A stretch of 64,000 nt of DNA from Octopus bimaculoides. Lineage: Eukaryota. This document shows positions 1 through 11,816 of this stretch, piece by piece. The stretch spans positions 18,168,698-18,232,697 of the forward strand of contig NC_068984.1 in the NCBI RefSeq assembly GCF_001194135.2, read 5' to 3'. A program made the position numbers and the translations under genes. The notes below the pieces were generated by a model. It saw only the letters and a program-made list of their open reading frames with translations. It searched no databases and had not been told where the DNA came from. Within the stretch, counting starts at the first letter, position 1, and each line of letters starts with the position of its first letter.

Positions 1-333
1 TGTTTTATCTACCTTCCTACTTATTAGGATTTTGGTTTTAGCTAGGTTGACTCTAAGGCCCTTCAATTCTCGACCTTGCTTCCACACCTGAAACTTCTCC
101 TCTAGTTCTGATAGTGACTCCGCAATTAGGGCAAGGTCATCAGCATAGAGGAGCTCCCAGGGGCAGCCTGTCTTTAACTCCTCTGTGATTGCCTGGAGGA
201 TTATGATAAATAAGAGGGGGCTGAGGACGGAACCTTGGTGGACCCCTACCTCTACCCGGAATTCATTGCTGTACTCATTTCCAACCCTCACCTTACTGGC
301 AGCATCTCTGTACATGGCTCGCACAGCTCTCAT
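1..333 (-). mobile_element. RTE-clade LINE reverse transcriptase segment, 5'-truncated, running off the window start
   Basis: 111 uninterrupted codons: MRAVRAMYRDAASKVRVGNEYSNEFRVEVGVHQGSVLSPLLFIII...PWELLYADDLALIAES...GLRVNLAKTKILISRKVDKT. Contains QGSVLSPLLF and YADD motifs and abuts (TA)n. Confidence 0.93.
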
Positions 334-396
334 ATATGTATATATATATAAATTAATAAAAACAGTTGCTTGCAATGTTATACCATAAAAGAAAAT

Positions 397-598
397 TATA
401 GTCATTAAGGAAACTTGATCAAGGGTGTGAATAACACCTACATTGCTAGAAATAGGAGCTAAAATGCTCCAATGCTGTTACAAAGCACATAATGGGTATA
501 TGTTATGTACTTTGTAACTGCATTGGAACATTTTAGCTCCTATTTCTTGCAATGTAGGTGTTATTCACACCCTTTGTCAAGATTAGCTGACGACTATA
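397..598. mobile_element. MITE-like fold-back element (79-bp inverted arms 414-492 / 503-581)
   Basis: Arms differ at 6 of 79 positions around a 10-nt spacer. Outer TATAGTC...GACTATA termini are compatible with a TA target site. Confidence 0.75.
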
Positions 599-1674
599 TA
601 TATTTCTTGGGACTGATATACGTTGTCAGTTTTTTGCCAGGTAGGTAAATCTAATAACACAATTTAATCCTCATGTTCTTCAGTATATGAATGTATTCTG
701 TGAATCAACACCTTCACATCACAATCATCATAATACTAGTTGTAACTAATATCCATGTTGTCATTTTTGAGATGATCTAATGTTGAACGCTGAGAGGAAA
801 TGTTCAGTCTTCCATCCCTGACAAGTTATACTTACCAGTTGTCTGTACAGTTTGGCATGTTTTGGTTTGTTATAAGAGGTGAAACACAGTTGTGACTGTT
901 CCTATACATTCTGACATGCTTTGGTCACTGGTGTGAATTGCTATGTAGCTGTCAAAGTATATCTGTCATGATGTTTGCCTGGTTTGTATGATTACAGTCT
1001 CAGGTGATAGCTGAATCAGACATGTACAAGGAGAATTGTATCAGTATGTTTATGGTAGATTTGGTTCCTTGGGAGTCACTCATCGTCGTTGTGAATCTAA
1101 CTATTTCCTAGTTTCAGAGATTTGATTATCTGTACTTATTGATGTTTTGACAGTTGTTGCCATTCTCTTAGACATCCCTTAACATGGTAATCATTCTTAG
1201 TTGTCTTGACTGGTTCATGTGTATTAAAAAGTTCTATTTTATGAATTGAAGCAGAAAACTACTGGAACAATAAGAATGGAAAATGTCAGGCTGGTGAGGC
1301 ATGTCAAAATTTCAAGCACTTAAAATCTGAAATTATTTACTGTTTACAAAAATAATTAACTTTCCTCTCTTGCTACAATATTCTATAATGACTTATTTCA
1401 GGGAATCTGTTTCTAATGTTTAGAGAACAGTAATTAATAATTAATAAAAGAAAGCTGATTCCGTTAATGAAATACGACAGTTTTGTTTGTCTGCTTTTAA
1501 GTCCATTTAATGAACCTCAATAACAAACTAGTTAAAACATTTAAGTTTCAGTTGAAGAATTAGTAATCAAAAAATTGTGACTGGGATAAATTAGCAAATG
1601 ATGTGATCAATATTTTTTTTCTAGCAATGATTCCGCTTAGAAGTTATGACTATGTTTCATATATTGATGTCACT

Positions 1675-1870
1675 AAGGCAGTGAGCTGGCAGAGACGTTG
1701 GCACACCAGGCGAAATGCTTAGCAGTATTTCGTCTGTCTTTACATTCTGGGTTCAAATTCCACCAAGGTCAACTTTGCTTTTCTCCTTTTGTGGTGGTGG
1801 TGGTGGTGGGGGTGGGGGTAATGTACAACATGGAAACATTAATATTGATCAGTGCACTAGGTTTAAATTC
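1675..1870 (+). mobile_element. tRNA-headed SINE-like repeat, family B
   Basis: ggcagagacgttggcac...gaaatgcttagcagtattt...gggttcaaattccaccaaggtcaactttgc, shared with copies at 8288, 14455, 14660, 36005 and 45695. Confidence 0.7.
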
Positions 1871-3824
1871 TGTTAGGGACAGTTTTGACCCATAAGGGAA
1901 TTGTTAGTAAAGACACAGCTGTCAATTCAAGTGTTTTGTTAAAATATAATTCCTCATGAATTAAAACAATAATTGGTTTCAGAATTTGGCACAAGGCCAG
2001 CAAACTTAGGGGTTGAGGTTAGTCAATTACATCAACCCCAGTATTGAAATGATGAAAGGCAAAGTTGACCTCAGCGGAATTGAAACTCAGAACATAAAGA
2101 CCGACAAAATATTGTTAAACATTTTGCCAGGCATGCTAACAATTCTGTTAGCTCACCACCTTAAAACAGTAATTAAGGATATATTTCCTTCTGAAAACGA
2201 ACTTCAAGAGAATCTAAATCTTCTCTAAGTTCCTTTGTTTAATAAAAGACTTGCCCAATGATATGGCAATGACAACACAAGTAATACATAATGGCTATTG
2301 CCTTCCTGTAATTAAGCTAACCATTTGTTAATGACAGAAATTATTATAACACTTTATTAGCTTGTAAATGGCTCTTATTTTCTTCGCAACAGATTTTACC
2401 AATAGATATGAATCTTTCATTTAAAACGGTTGTTTTACAACTTTCTTTTGTCCTACACCTCACTTCACCCATCCATCCCAAAAAAGTCTACCTCACTATC
2501 AACGGATAAAATCAGTACATGGCACGCATGTATGAGTGTGTGTGTGTGTGTACAAAACAAATTTTAATTAAAGCTATTGCAATTTGAATTCATTTCTTAC
2601 TTATCTATGCTTTGCTCTGAAGTTACCCAGGCCCTACGAAAATATTGCCAAACCCCACCAGTGGAGCATATGCCCAACTCCCTAAATTTAAATGTTGATG
2701 TCCAGAGAAGCCCTGTAGTTGTTACATATAAATTTTTCCAGTCAAGTATACATGCTTACACAACTACAATCTATTGTACCTCTAAATATTCACATGGAAG
2801 TCAGCAGACCTGATCACAGAGGGGAGCTAAATGTTGATGCAGACTCTTGTAATAGCTGACTCGACTCTGAGACAGAGCGAGAATGAAGTGAAGACAAGGG
2901 TTACCATGTTTCTTTTTTAAAGCAGGGGTGGGTGGGTGTGTTTTTTTTTTTATTGTTGATTGTTAATAAGGAAAATTGATGGAAGAAAAATCTGTTACTA
3001 TGCATTTTGCATTGTTGTGAATCATCTGATAAGGGAAAATATTTGAATAGTAGCAATATGAGTAAAGAGAAATGAGATCATTTAGTGATGCATGGAGTTC
3101 AGGAGTATGGCTACAATGAATATGAAACAACATCGTCTGATTTGTTTATTTTGTGCTGTTTGCAGATGAGAATCTCAGTTTGAACTGTGGCTCTGTGTTA
3201 ATACAATTCAACATTTCCATTTATTCCTCTTCATTTTCTATTTTCAAATACAAACTATGAAGAGATTTTTCTTCTTTTTCATTTTCTTTTTTTCTTCATA
3301 ATTATTTTTGTCATTTTTTTTTTTTTGTGTGTGTTTTCCATTTCAAACAAAAACTTCAATTATCATACTCAAATCCCCTTGTATTCATAATCCTTTTCGA
3401 GTAAAGTAAATTATGCAAATTAAATACTCGAGCAGACTAAATGTTTTATGAAACTACTCAAGTCAAACATTCACTGTTATTTTCAAAAACATTTACTCCT
3501 GTTCTCAGAAGAATAAATTACTTCACTTGCAATATTCCAAAGCCAGCTGTTGCTTGTAGTCTAAAATATGTCTGATATTTATTTTCACCAAAGATATTTG
3601 GGCATAAATATTCCTCTGGTTGTCAATAACTGAGATCATATCAAAAATGTTCTTTATTCGACATGTGTTGATACTATTTTGTAGGATAGTTATTTAGTTC
3701 CATTGGAACTGATGGAAATTTTAGTCTTGTAGGTATTTATTGGTATTGATTAGATCCAGATCATCCTCAGTTGAGCAGATCTATGATAAATGATGTTCCA
3801 GACATGACTATGAATTTTCTTTTT

Positions 3825-3926
3825 TTGTTTTGTTTATAAAGGACTATACTGTCTGTGCTGTTTGATGTTTTTTTCTTTTCTTGTTTTGTTTATAAAGGCT
3901 ATACTGTCTGTGCTGTTTGATGTTTT
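3825..3926. repeat. Tandem duplication of a ~56-bp unit
   Basis: ttgttttgtttataaagg(a)ctatactgtctgtgctgtttgatgtttt occurs twice. Confidence 0.85.
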
Positions 3927-4069
3927 GTTTTTAATAGTAGGGTTTTATATGAGAGAGATTTGGCTGTTATTTCTAGCAAGTCAAATGACAGTATGTAGGC
4001 TTCTTCTTTTGTTTGGCTCATATATCTTATCGTGCCTGGAAAAGGGGAAAAGATGTGGCACTGGACCAG

Positions 4070-4405
4070 CAGTCTGACCCCATAAAACAGGAACAGAAAC
4101 AACGAAAAAGAGCCACCCGCAAAACCTCTAGGAAGAAGATGGCGGTGGACTCGATCAAACAATGATAGACTCTAATGAAAGTTCAAATGGAAGTTAGGGT
4201 CTCAAGATGCCAAATTCTGAGCACCAAAACTGTAATGAAGCTTAGTAAATGGAACTGACAAGAATTCTATTAAAGAAGGAACATGGAATATCTCATGAGA
4301 GAATCCAAGAAGTAACAAACATAGTATCTTGGAAATCAGTGAAATGAGAAAGACTAGAAAAAGAAAACTATGCCAAGATGGAAAAAGAATCATTTACTTT
4401 GTATA
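4070..4405 (+). mobile_element. Degenerate 5' portion (APE endonuclease start) of an RTE-like LINE
   Basis: GTWNI at 4278, then KHSILEISEMRKTRKRKLCQDGKRIIYFV resembles the RTE endonuclease N-terminus (xTWNV...ILGISEMRWTGxG...IIYSG). Frameshifted. Confidence 0.55.
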
Positions 4406-6356
4406 AGCTCAAGTTATCCTCTATTTTGATTCACATGGAACATCCGTTATTATCATGTTCCTTCAATTCTTGTCAACCCTTCAGAACCTTTTTCCAGCAT
4501 CATACATGTATCCTTTTCTATGGAAAAAAAAGATAGTTTTATCATTTAACTGTTGTCTTTGTTTTCATTTGAGGAGAGGGTGTTATGGTTGAGATTTGTT
4601 AATCATATATTTAATTTGATGAGATCTCTAATTATATATGTATTAAAAAAAAGTTACACTGCTAGTGGAAGTTGTCATTTAATTTAGTATTTTCTACAGT
4701 TCCCTGGTATAAACCATTCCATTTAGAGGAAATAATTAAATTCATAGAAAGTGTTTCTTAGATAATTTGATAATTTTGTTTTTACACCCTATGCAACAAT
4801 TCCCATGTATTTTGCCAAAATTCAATTTCTCTTGGATAATAAATGCTATATATTTCTCAACACACAAACGTGTTTCTCTAAATGTGATCTATTTTTGTAT
4901 TTTTATCACATTTAATATTGTTTCTGATATCATTATTGTGTTATAATTGTCATATGGTTTATGTAATGTTTTCACTTCAACTTCAAATACCGTTTCCTTC
5001 ACATATGCATGCACATAAATGCAAACACCCACATACATAGAAATGATGCAAGTACAACTTATCCATACAGTAGCTTGCAATAAAACGTGTACATGCAATT
5101 CTGCACTCATACATTTCTGTATGTATCTGTGTGTAACCGTATGCACTTACATTCAAACTTGAGCATACATATGATCATGCACATATGCACATGTGCTCTG
5201 CTGCTCACATGTTGGTGCATGCACATGTGTGTACACACATGCAATTATTCTCATTTTAACTTTTACATTTAAGTATGTACAACTTCTATTGCCTGCTAAA
5301 TAGTTGCCTCTAAACGGTTTTAATACATATATTCACATGAACTATTTAGTTGATTAATGATATTTTCTTTACAAGATGTAACTTGCAATAAAAAAAAAAT
5401 ATTAAAAAGAAAGAAAGAAAGAAAGAAAGACAAGTGCATCATCCTTTTTTTATATACACTCACAATGTCTGGATGCTATCATTTAATATATTAACTGCTA
5501 TACTGGCTTTAGCTGTACTGAATGTTAGCATTAACAGTGTAAATCTTAAGAGACAGAGAGAGGAGAGATAGCAATAGTTGGATGTCTGGCAGAGCTTTGC
5601 TGAACGTATTGAACCAAATTGTTCATTGCATTAATGTACTTGGTTGTCCAGCTTGAATATATTGAATATTAAAATACTGTTGTATGTGTGTGTGTGTGTG
5701 TGTGTAGTGTAGTGTAGATGCAGTATGACCAGATGGCTAAGAAGTTCATGTTTCAAGGAAGTCCATGGTCCTGGGTTCAATTCCATTTGGTAGCTTCTTC
5801 AGGTAGCATCTTTTACCACATGTGCTTTTACCACATCTTTTACCACAGATGCCTTGTAAGTGAAATTACATCAGCAGAAACTATGAGGAATCTTGTCAGA
5901 TGGATTGTACACAAAATTCAATGGTTTAGTTTTGTTACACTGTGTTGTGCTTTTCTACTTGAGAATTACATTAAGAGTAAACATGTCTGTGGAATACACA
6001 GCCACTTACATGGTAGTTTATTGAGTTTGATTGATCATTTGATCAACCAACTAAAAATTCATGGTCAGAAATTCTGATTGAGATCCATATATAAATGACA
6101 GGTTTACATGTATCTTCAGCTATTGCACTGCCTCTCACCATCCAGAATTTAGAACTATGTTTAACCATTTAACTATTGCATTTCTGTTATGGCATGGACA
6201 ACCATAACAAAGCTAAGGGTGCTAAGAAATGATACTTCACAAAACACATTCCTGCTTGTTGAATTCCTTCCTGAATCTTATCTAACAGGTGGCATCTCTG
6301 CATGTGGCTTACATCGTTCCCACAAACCAGCTATCCTAATTTTGTTTGCAACTAAT

Positions 6357-6476
6357 GAAGGCGCATGGCTCAGAGGTTAAAGCATTGGGCTCATAATCAT
6401 GAGGGTGTGAGTTAGATTCTTGGACTGGGCTCTGTGTTATTTTCATGTGGTTGGTAAGCAAGCCACTCCTGCGCCT
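6357..6476. mobile_element. Two truncated SINE heads fused in convergent orientation
   Basis: + strand A/B-box head (tggctcagaggttaaagc...gagttagattc) joins directly to the reverse complement of a family A head (catgtggttggtaagcaagccactcctgcgcct). Confidence 0.55.
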
Positions 6477-7499
6477 AATTGAGCTTTATTGAAATAAAAG
6501 AGATCTATTTGTCTAATATACATTGTTTATCACAGTATTTAACATTGTGGCCAGACATTAATCCAGTAGCACACATTTAGACTCAAACATTCCAAAACAT
6601 TCCAATATTATGTTTTCTGTGAAAAACTGGACTATGGATGTTTTCTTACTGTTTTACAATCTAAAAACCTGACTAATATGGGTGGGATTCGTCTTTGAAA
6701 TTTGAACACATTGTTAGAGACGTGACTGTCTTACAATCTGCTTAGTTGTTAACTAGGCAGAGTGAGGCAAATAAACTCGTATATCTTGCAGATTACAACA
6801 ACTTTCAGACTTATGACTAGAGACAATTAAACCTCTTGACCTTGCTACCATGTTGTCTTCTTGAAAATCATCATAAACTAATTGCATTAGTAATCTCTCT
6901 CTCTCTCTCTCTCTCTCGTTAAACTGAGGAGGTTAAATTCGATAGCTTTCAAATGTAATTATTTCATAATTTACAACACTCTCTTCTCACTGAAGACCCA
7001 CTTACTCCCGTGCTGATTAATTGCAAGTAAATCTATCCTTTTTTTCATTTTCCCCTTCCGTGTATTCCTGTATAGTATTGCATATCAGTTCATTAATTTT
7101 TGTCCCGACTCTTGATGATCTTTCAGTTTAAAAAGTCTACGACACGAGACTTCAGTCTCTTGCAGTTGTTACATTATACACATATACATATTGTGTGTGT
7201 GTGTGTGTGTGTGTAAAATATGATAAATGTTGGGAAAAGAAGGAGTGATTGTAATTCTAATTCACTTTTTATTGTTTATTATTCTACATTGAACGAACTT
7301 CACTGCCATCTCATTTCATTTGACCAATCATGATTATATAAACATCAGCGAACCAGTGATTGGTCCATTACAAACCAGTAACCACTGATGCTATTGCTCA
7401 CCAATTGCAATGCAAAATTAATAAATATATTACATTGGCAAAGCTAGAAAACGAAAATAGCTATTTGTGCATCATATTAAATGTATATACACCATAGAA

Positions 7500-7795
7500 A
7501 AGCATGCTGTTGTGCATGATCTTTATCATGTTTTTATGTGGCACCATTGCTCTATTGTCTTTTTGGTGCCGCATAAAAAGCACGGTGCTGGTGCCATGTA
7601 AAATACACCCAGTACACTCTGTAAAATTATTGGCATTAGGAACCACATTCAGCTGCAGACATCAAACCAAAACTAACTATGGAGCCTGGGGCAGCCCCAT
7701 GGCCTTACCAGTTACTGTGAAGCCATCCAACCCATGCCAGCATGGAAAATGGATATTAAACGATGATGATGATGACAACAACGATGTCATCACCA
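7500..7795 (+). mobile_element. Dispersed repeat family C with (GAT)n tail
   Basis: Ends ccaacccatgccagcatggaaaatggatattaaacgatgatgat, as in the copies ending near 24375, 42880, 47135 and 55885. Confidence 0.7.
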
Positions 7796-8287
7796 TCATC
7801 ATTTGCAGACATAAATAGAAACTTTATCACATCCCAATGTATTAGATATATATTTTTGTCTTTGATCTGATTCAAATATGATTAACATTTGTACACCTTT
7901 ATGGAAAGTAAAATATTTTTAATCTCAGACATATAGTTGTTGAGTTTAGTTTTCATTCTCAAGATAAAACATTTTAAACAACATAAAACAAGTCTCCCTT
8001 AGTTTTCTGAAATTTCTTCTGTTTATATTTGTTGATGTATTTATTTACCATAACATAATGGCTTGTTTGCAACTTTGCCTTAAGAAAACTATTAAATGCA
8101 CCTTTGTCTCCCCCACAATATCTGATTCTGTTCAAAACACTTTGCTAATCTTGTTTCTTCAGAACGATGTTTTCCCACCCACTCTCTTTTCTGATCTCTT
8201 TTTGCCCTTTAGCCATTTATCTGCTAGATCTCAGAGCATTAGACACACTGACTTTATCAGTTGCTCTCATTATTTTCTTGTATAGAC

Positions 8288-8500
8288 AAGGTGGCAAGCT
8301 GGCAGCATCATTTGCATGCTGGACGAAATGCTTAGCAGTATTTTGCCCGTCGCTACGTTCTGAGTTCAAATTCCACCAAGGTCAACTTTGCCTTTCATCC
8401 TTTTGGGGTCAATAAAATAAGTGCCAGTTGAACATTAGGGGTCAATGTAATTGACTTATCCCCACCTCCCCGAAACTGCCTTTGTGGCAAAAATTTGAAA
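8288..8500 (+). mobile_element. SINE family B copy
   Basis: ggcaagctggcag...gaaatgcttagcagtatt...gttctgagttcaaattccaccaaggtcaactttgcctttcatcc. Confidence 0.75.
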
Positions 8501-8575
8501 TAATTATTTTCTTTGTATAGAGAGATGAGAAAAGGCTATGAGCATTGTCTTAATTTCTGAAACTAACCAGATTAA

Positions 8576-8576
<1 letters not shown>

Positions 8577-8627
<51 letters not shown>

Positions 8628-8638
8628 AAAAAAAAAAA
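8577..8638 (+). repeat. 62-nt poly(A) tract with one C
   Basis: Direct reading. Confidence 0.95.
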
Positions 8639-10093
8639 CTAATTTAATGACTTGTAAACTTTGATTCAGAACAATACACGTTCTTAAATAAACCAGCTGT
8701 ACTTTCAGTACCAACACATTGATACACAATGGTTTTTGTCAGTAGCTAATTTACAGGTATTTTTATTCAGTATTCCACTTGAAGCCTGGTTTATGCTAGT
8801 AGTGATCACCTGTCTAGTCTATTTCTGTATTCAATATACAATCATAATATTTCTCTCATCTTGGTCTATGTCACAAAGTTGCAGAGAATACGTTCCAGGC
8901 TTTTGTAGAGAAGTCATTTACAATAGACAAGCGTTAAGAGAGAAAATTGTCTCTTATCGAGTTAAAACTATGGAAACCAAATCTGAACAGTGTAAAAGAT
9001 ATTGCAAGTCGAACAAGTTTCTAGCAAATAAAGGAATATATATGTATAATAAAAAAAGATTAATTTTATGAGGCTGTAGTTACTTTTGAAAAGCATTTAT
9101 GTTTCTTCATCATAAACTCTCTTTCTCCATTTATTTTCCCCTCTCTATGTTTGTTGTATATACTGATACACGCTTTATGGTTAGCAATGGGAATCACATC
9201 CATTTACATGTGTTATGGCTCACATAATATTACTACACGTCTATATATTTCCGGCCGTGACAGTTGAAGCCTGGCAAAGCTGTGCAGTTCATGCAAGCAT
9301 GGGAAAAAAACAGATGTTAAATCAAATTAACATCTATTCATATCGGATCTTCAATAGATAATGAACAAGTAGTCCGTAACACTTTTGTTGCTTCAGTGTA
9401 GAGTTAAATATCTTGTATGGCTATGCAAATATGATAGCAAAGATATGACTTTTTAAACTCCGTTGAAGATAATACATTTAATAGAATTCATGTAATATAT
9501 ATCTGGTTTCATAAGAGATGAGAAATTTATCTCTTCAAATTCGGGCAACAGTTAATTAACACTGTGAAATAAAATTCCAGACTTATTTCTTCTGAGTAGT
9601 TGTTCAGCTATAAAGCAAATGTCTGGAACCATTGAACATTTACTAATCTCAACTGTATTATCAGGGTTGGTCTATTTCATGTCGTAACTACCAAACTTGT
9701 AAATTTTGTAGATTTCATTTCTCCGAGTAATAAAGAATTGAATAGTAAATACATGTTAACATGATGTTTTTATAACACTTATATAATTTAGCTTATGAAA
9801 GAGCCTGTATGAGGCTACTTGAACTGCTATAAATAACTGCCAGATCTTCCTCAATCACACACTATCATCTTAAATAAAGAAGGACACATTTGATAATGTA
9901 GTTCCTGATATTCAAAAGGGTGTAATAGCCATGGCTAGAATGCCTTCAGTCAATAAATCTCTTTCATCTGGATTAATCTGGGATTAATATAAAAAAACTT
10001 TTAAAAATCTCAACGAAGAGATAATGCTCATCATCTTCGCAGGCCATCTGACACTGATGAGGTTGAGGGCATTAAAACAGTTCTTGAAATTTT

Positions 10094-10475
10094 TTACTTG
10101 TTTCAGTCATTGGACTCTGGCCATGCTGGGGCACCACCATGATGGGTTTAGTTGATCATATCAACACCAGTGCTTACTTTTTAAGTTTGGTACTTATTCT
10201 ATCAGATTCTTTCCCAAACTTCTAAGTTACGGGGTATAAACAAACCAATGCTAGTTGTCAAGTGGGGACTAACACAAAGAAACACACTCATATACATATG
10301 GACATGCACGCAAACACACACACATATATAAATACAATGAGCTTTCACATAGTTTTGATCTACCAAATTCACTTAGAAGGCATTGGTCAACCCAAGGCTT
10401 TTGTGACGGTGACTCAGTCAAGATTCTGTGCAGTGGACTGAATCTGAAGCCACATAGTTGAAAGCCATTCCTATA
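10094..10475 (-). mobile_element. SINE family A copy (diverged)
   Basis: ttacttgtttcagtcatt...ggccatgctgg...gtacttattctatc...ctaccaaattcac matches better copies at 24637 and 53268. Confidence 0.7.
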
Positions 10476-11614
10476 CGTTTTTTAATTACTTGCTAAGTCT
10501 GGAGGAAGAGACAGAGCCCATGACCATAGCAGGCCCTGGAGCAGGGGGGTCAGACTATACAAGGGTGATGAGAGGTGAAGAAATAAGGCGGTCAGGAATA
10601 CCTGAATGGTAAATATAAGGGGCCATCCAGCTCCAAGGAGCAGAGGCAATCATAGTAATGACAGAAAAGATAGAGAGCAGAGACAATATACCTGTAGGCC
10701 AGAGGCTGAAGTGTGTTCGTTAGTGTTTCAGTGCTAGTGACTTTGATGAATAAAAAGTGAAAGAATACCAATATTTTATTACACCTTTAATTCTCATTGG
10801 GAATTGAATCCATGTCATTTTTGTTGACACATTTGAATAATAATTTTACGACCATAAGCTGATTTGCAATAATAATTTCTGCATTTGCACTTATTACAGT
10901 CTCTCTGAAGAATCATCTTACTGTGATTATNNNNNNNNNNACACGTTTTTGTCTGGATTTTGCTTTTTGATGTTGTTCAATTAAGATCAACATTGGATCA
11001 ATAAATGTTTCCCTTATTGTTTTGACACCAAATAAAACAGACTTTGATTAATTCTTTGAGGTTATTCTTAAGGAACTTGAGCCTATAGTCTTAACAGTTT
11101 AATATTTAGGTTTTATTTCATTTTCGTGATTTGGTAAACTAGGATTAAAACTATAGAGCTGTTGGAGCTGATATACCATGTAAAAATAACAAGCAGTAAC
11201 CAAATATGCAGTAATGAAACTCACAATGGTGAGAGAGAGAGAGAGAGAGAGAGTGAGTATATGGTACTTATTCTATCAGATTCTTTCCCAAACTTCTAAG
11301 TTACGGGGTATAAACAAACCAATGCTAGTTGTCAAGTGGGGACTAACACAAAGAAACACACTCATATACATATGGACATGCACGCAAACACACACACATA
11401 TATAAATACAATGAGCTTTCACATAGTTTTGATCTACCAAATTCACTTAGAAGGCATTGGTCAACCCAAGGCTTTTGTGACGGTGACTCAGTCAAGATTC
11501 TGTGCAGTGGACTGAATCTGAAGCCACATAGTTGAAAGCCATTCCTATACGTTTTTTAATTACTTGCTAAGTCTGGAGGAAGAGACAGAGCCCATGACCA
11601 TAGCAGGCCCTGGA
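10188..11614. repeat. Identical 353-bp direct duplication (10188-10540 = 11262-11614) flanking a 10-N gap
   Basis: No differences seen by eye. Gap at 10931-10940 lies between the copies. Confidence 0.85.
10520..10700 (-). mobile_element. Possible CR1/L2/Jockey-type LINE 3' ORF2 remnant
   Basis: Minus strand reads FCHYYDCLCSLELDGPLYLP...FTSHHPCIV*PPCSRA, resembling the FYRYYxGxCSxEL...SHPxxVxxPxxRT C-terminus of these LINEs. Confidence 0.4.
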
Positions 11615-11768
11615 CTGTGTGTGTGTGTGTATGTACACATAGTTGTGTGCATATGTCTGTATTATACATACTCCTAATGATTTTATCTAAATATTTGCAA
11701 GACTGATATGATATTGACAATACTAACTATCCAACATATCTGATTACTAGCAAAGGATGAATGTGATT

Positions 11769-11816
11769 TTATGACTATTTAATACCAATATCTTATGACT
11801 ATTTAATACCAATATC
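11769..11816. repeat. Perfect 24-bp tandem duplication
   Basis: ttatgactatttaataccaatatc x2. Confidence 0.9.

Noticed and set aside
700-1230. Possible Penelope GIY-YIG remnant on the - strand
   Set aside because: Coding-like composition, but no motif could be read convincingly.
3990-4100. HDV-like ribozyme expected in RTE 5' UTRs
   Set aside because: I could not build the nested double pseudoknot from this degenerate copy.
7320-7405. Three CCAAT-like boxes
   Set aside because: No other promoter evidence, and common by chance.
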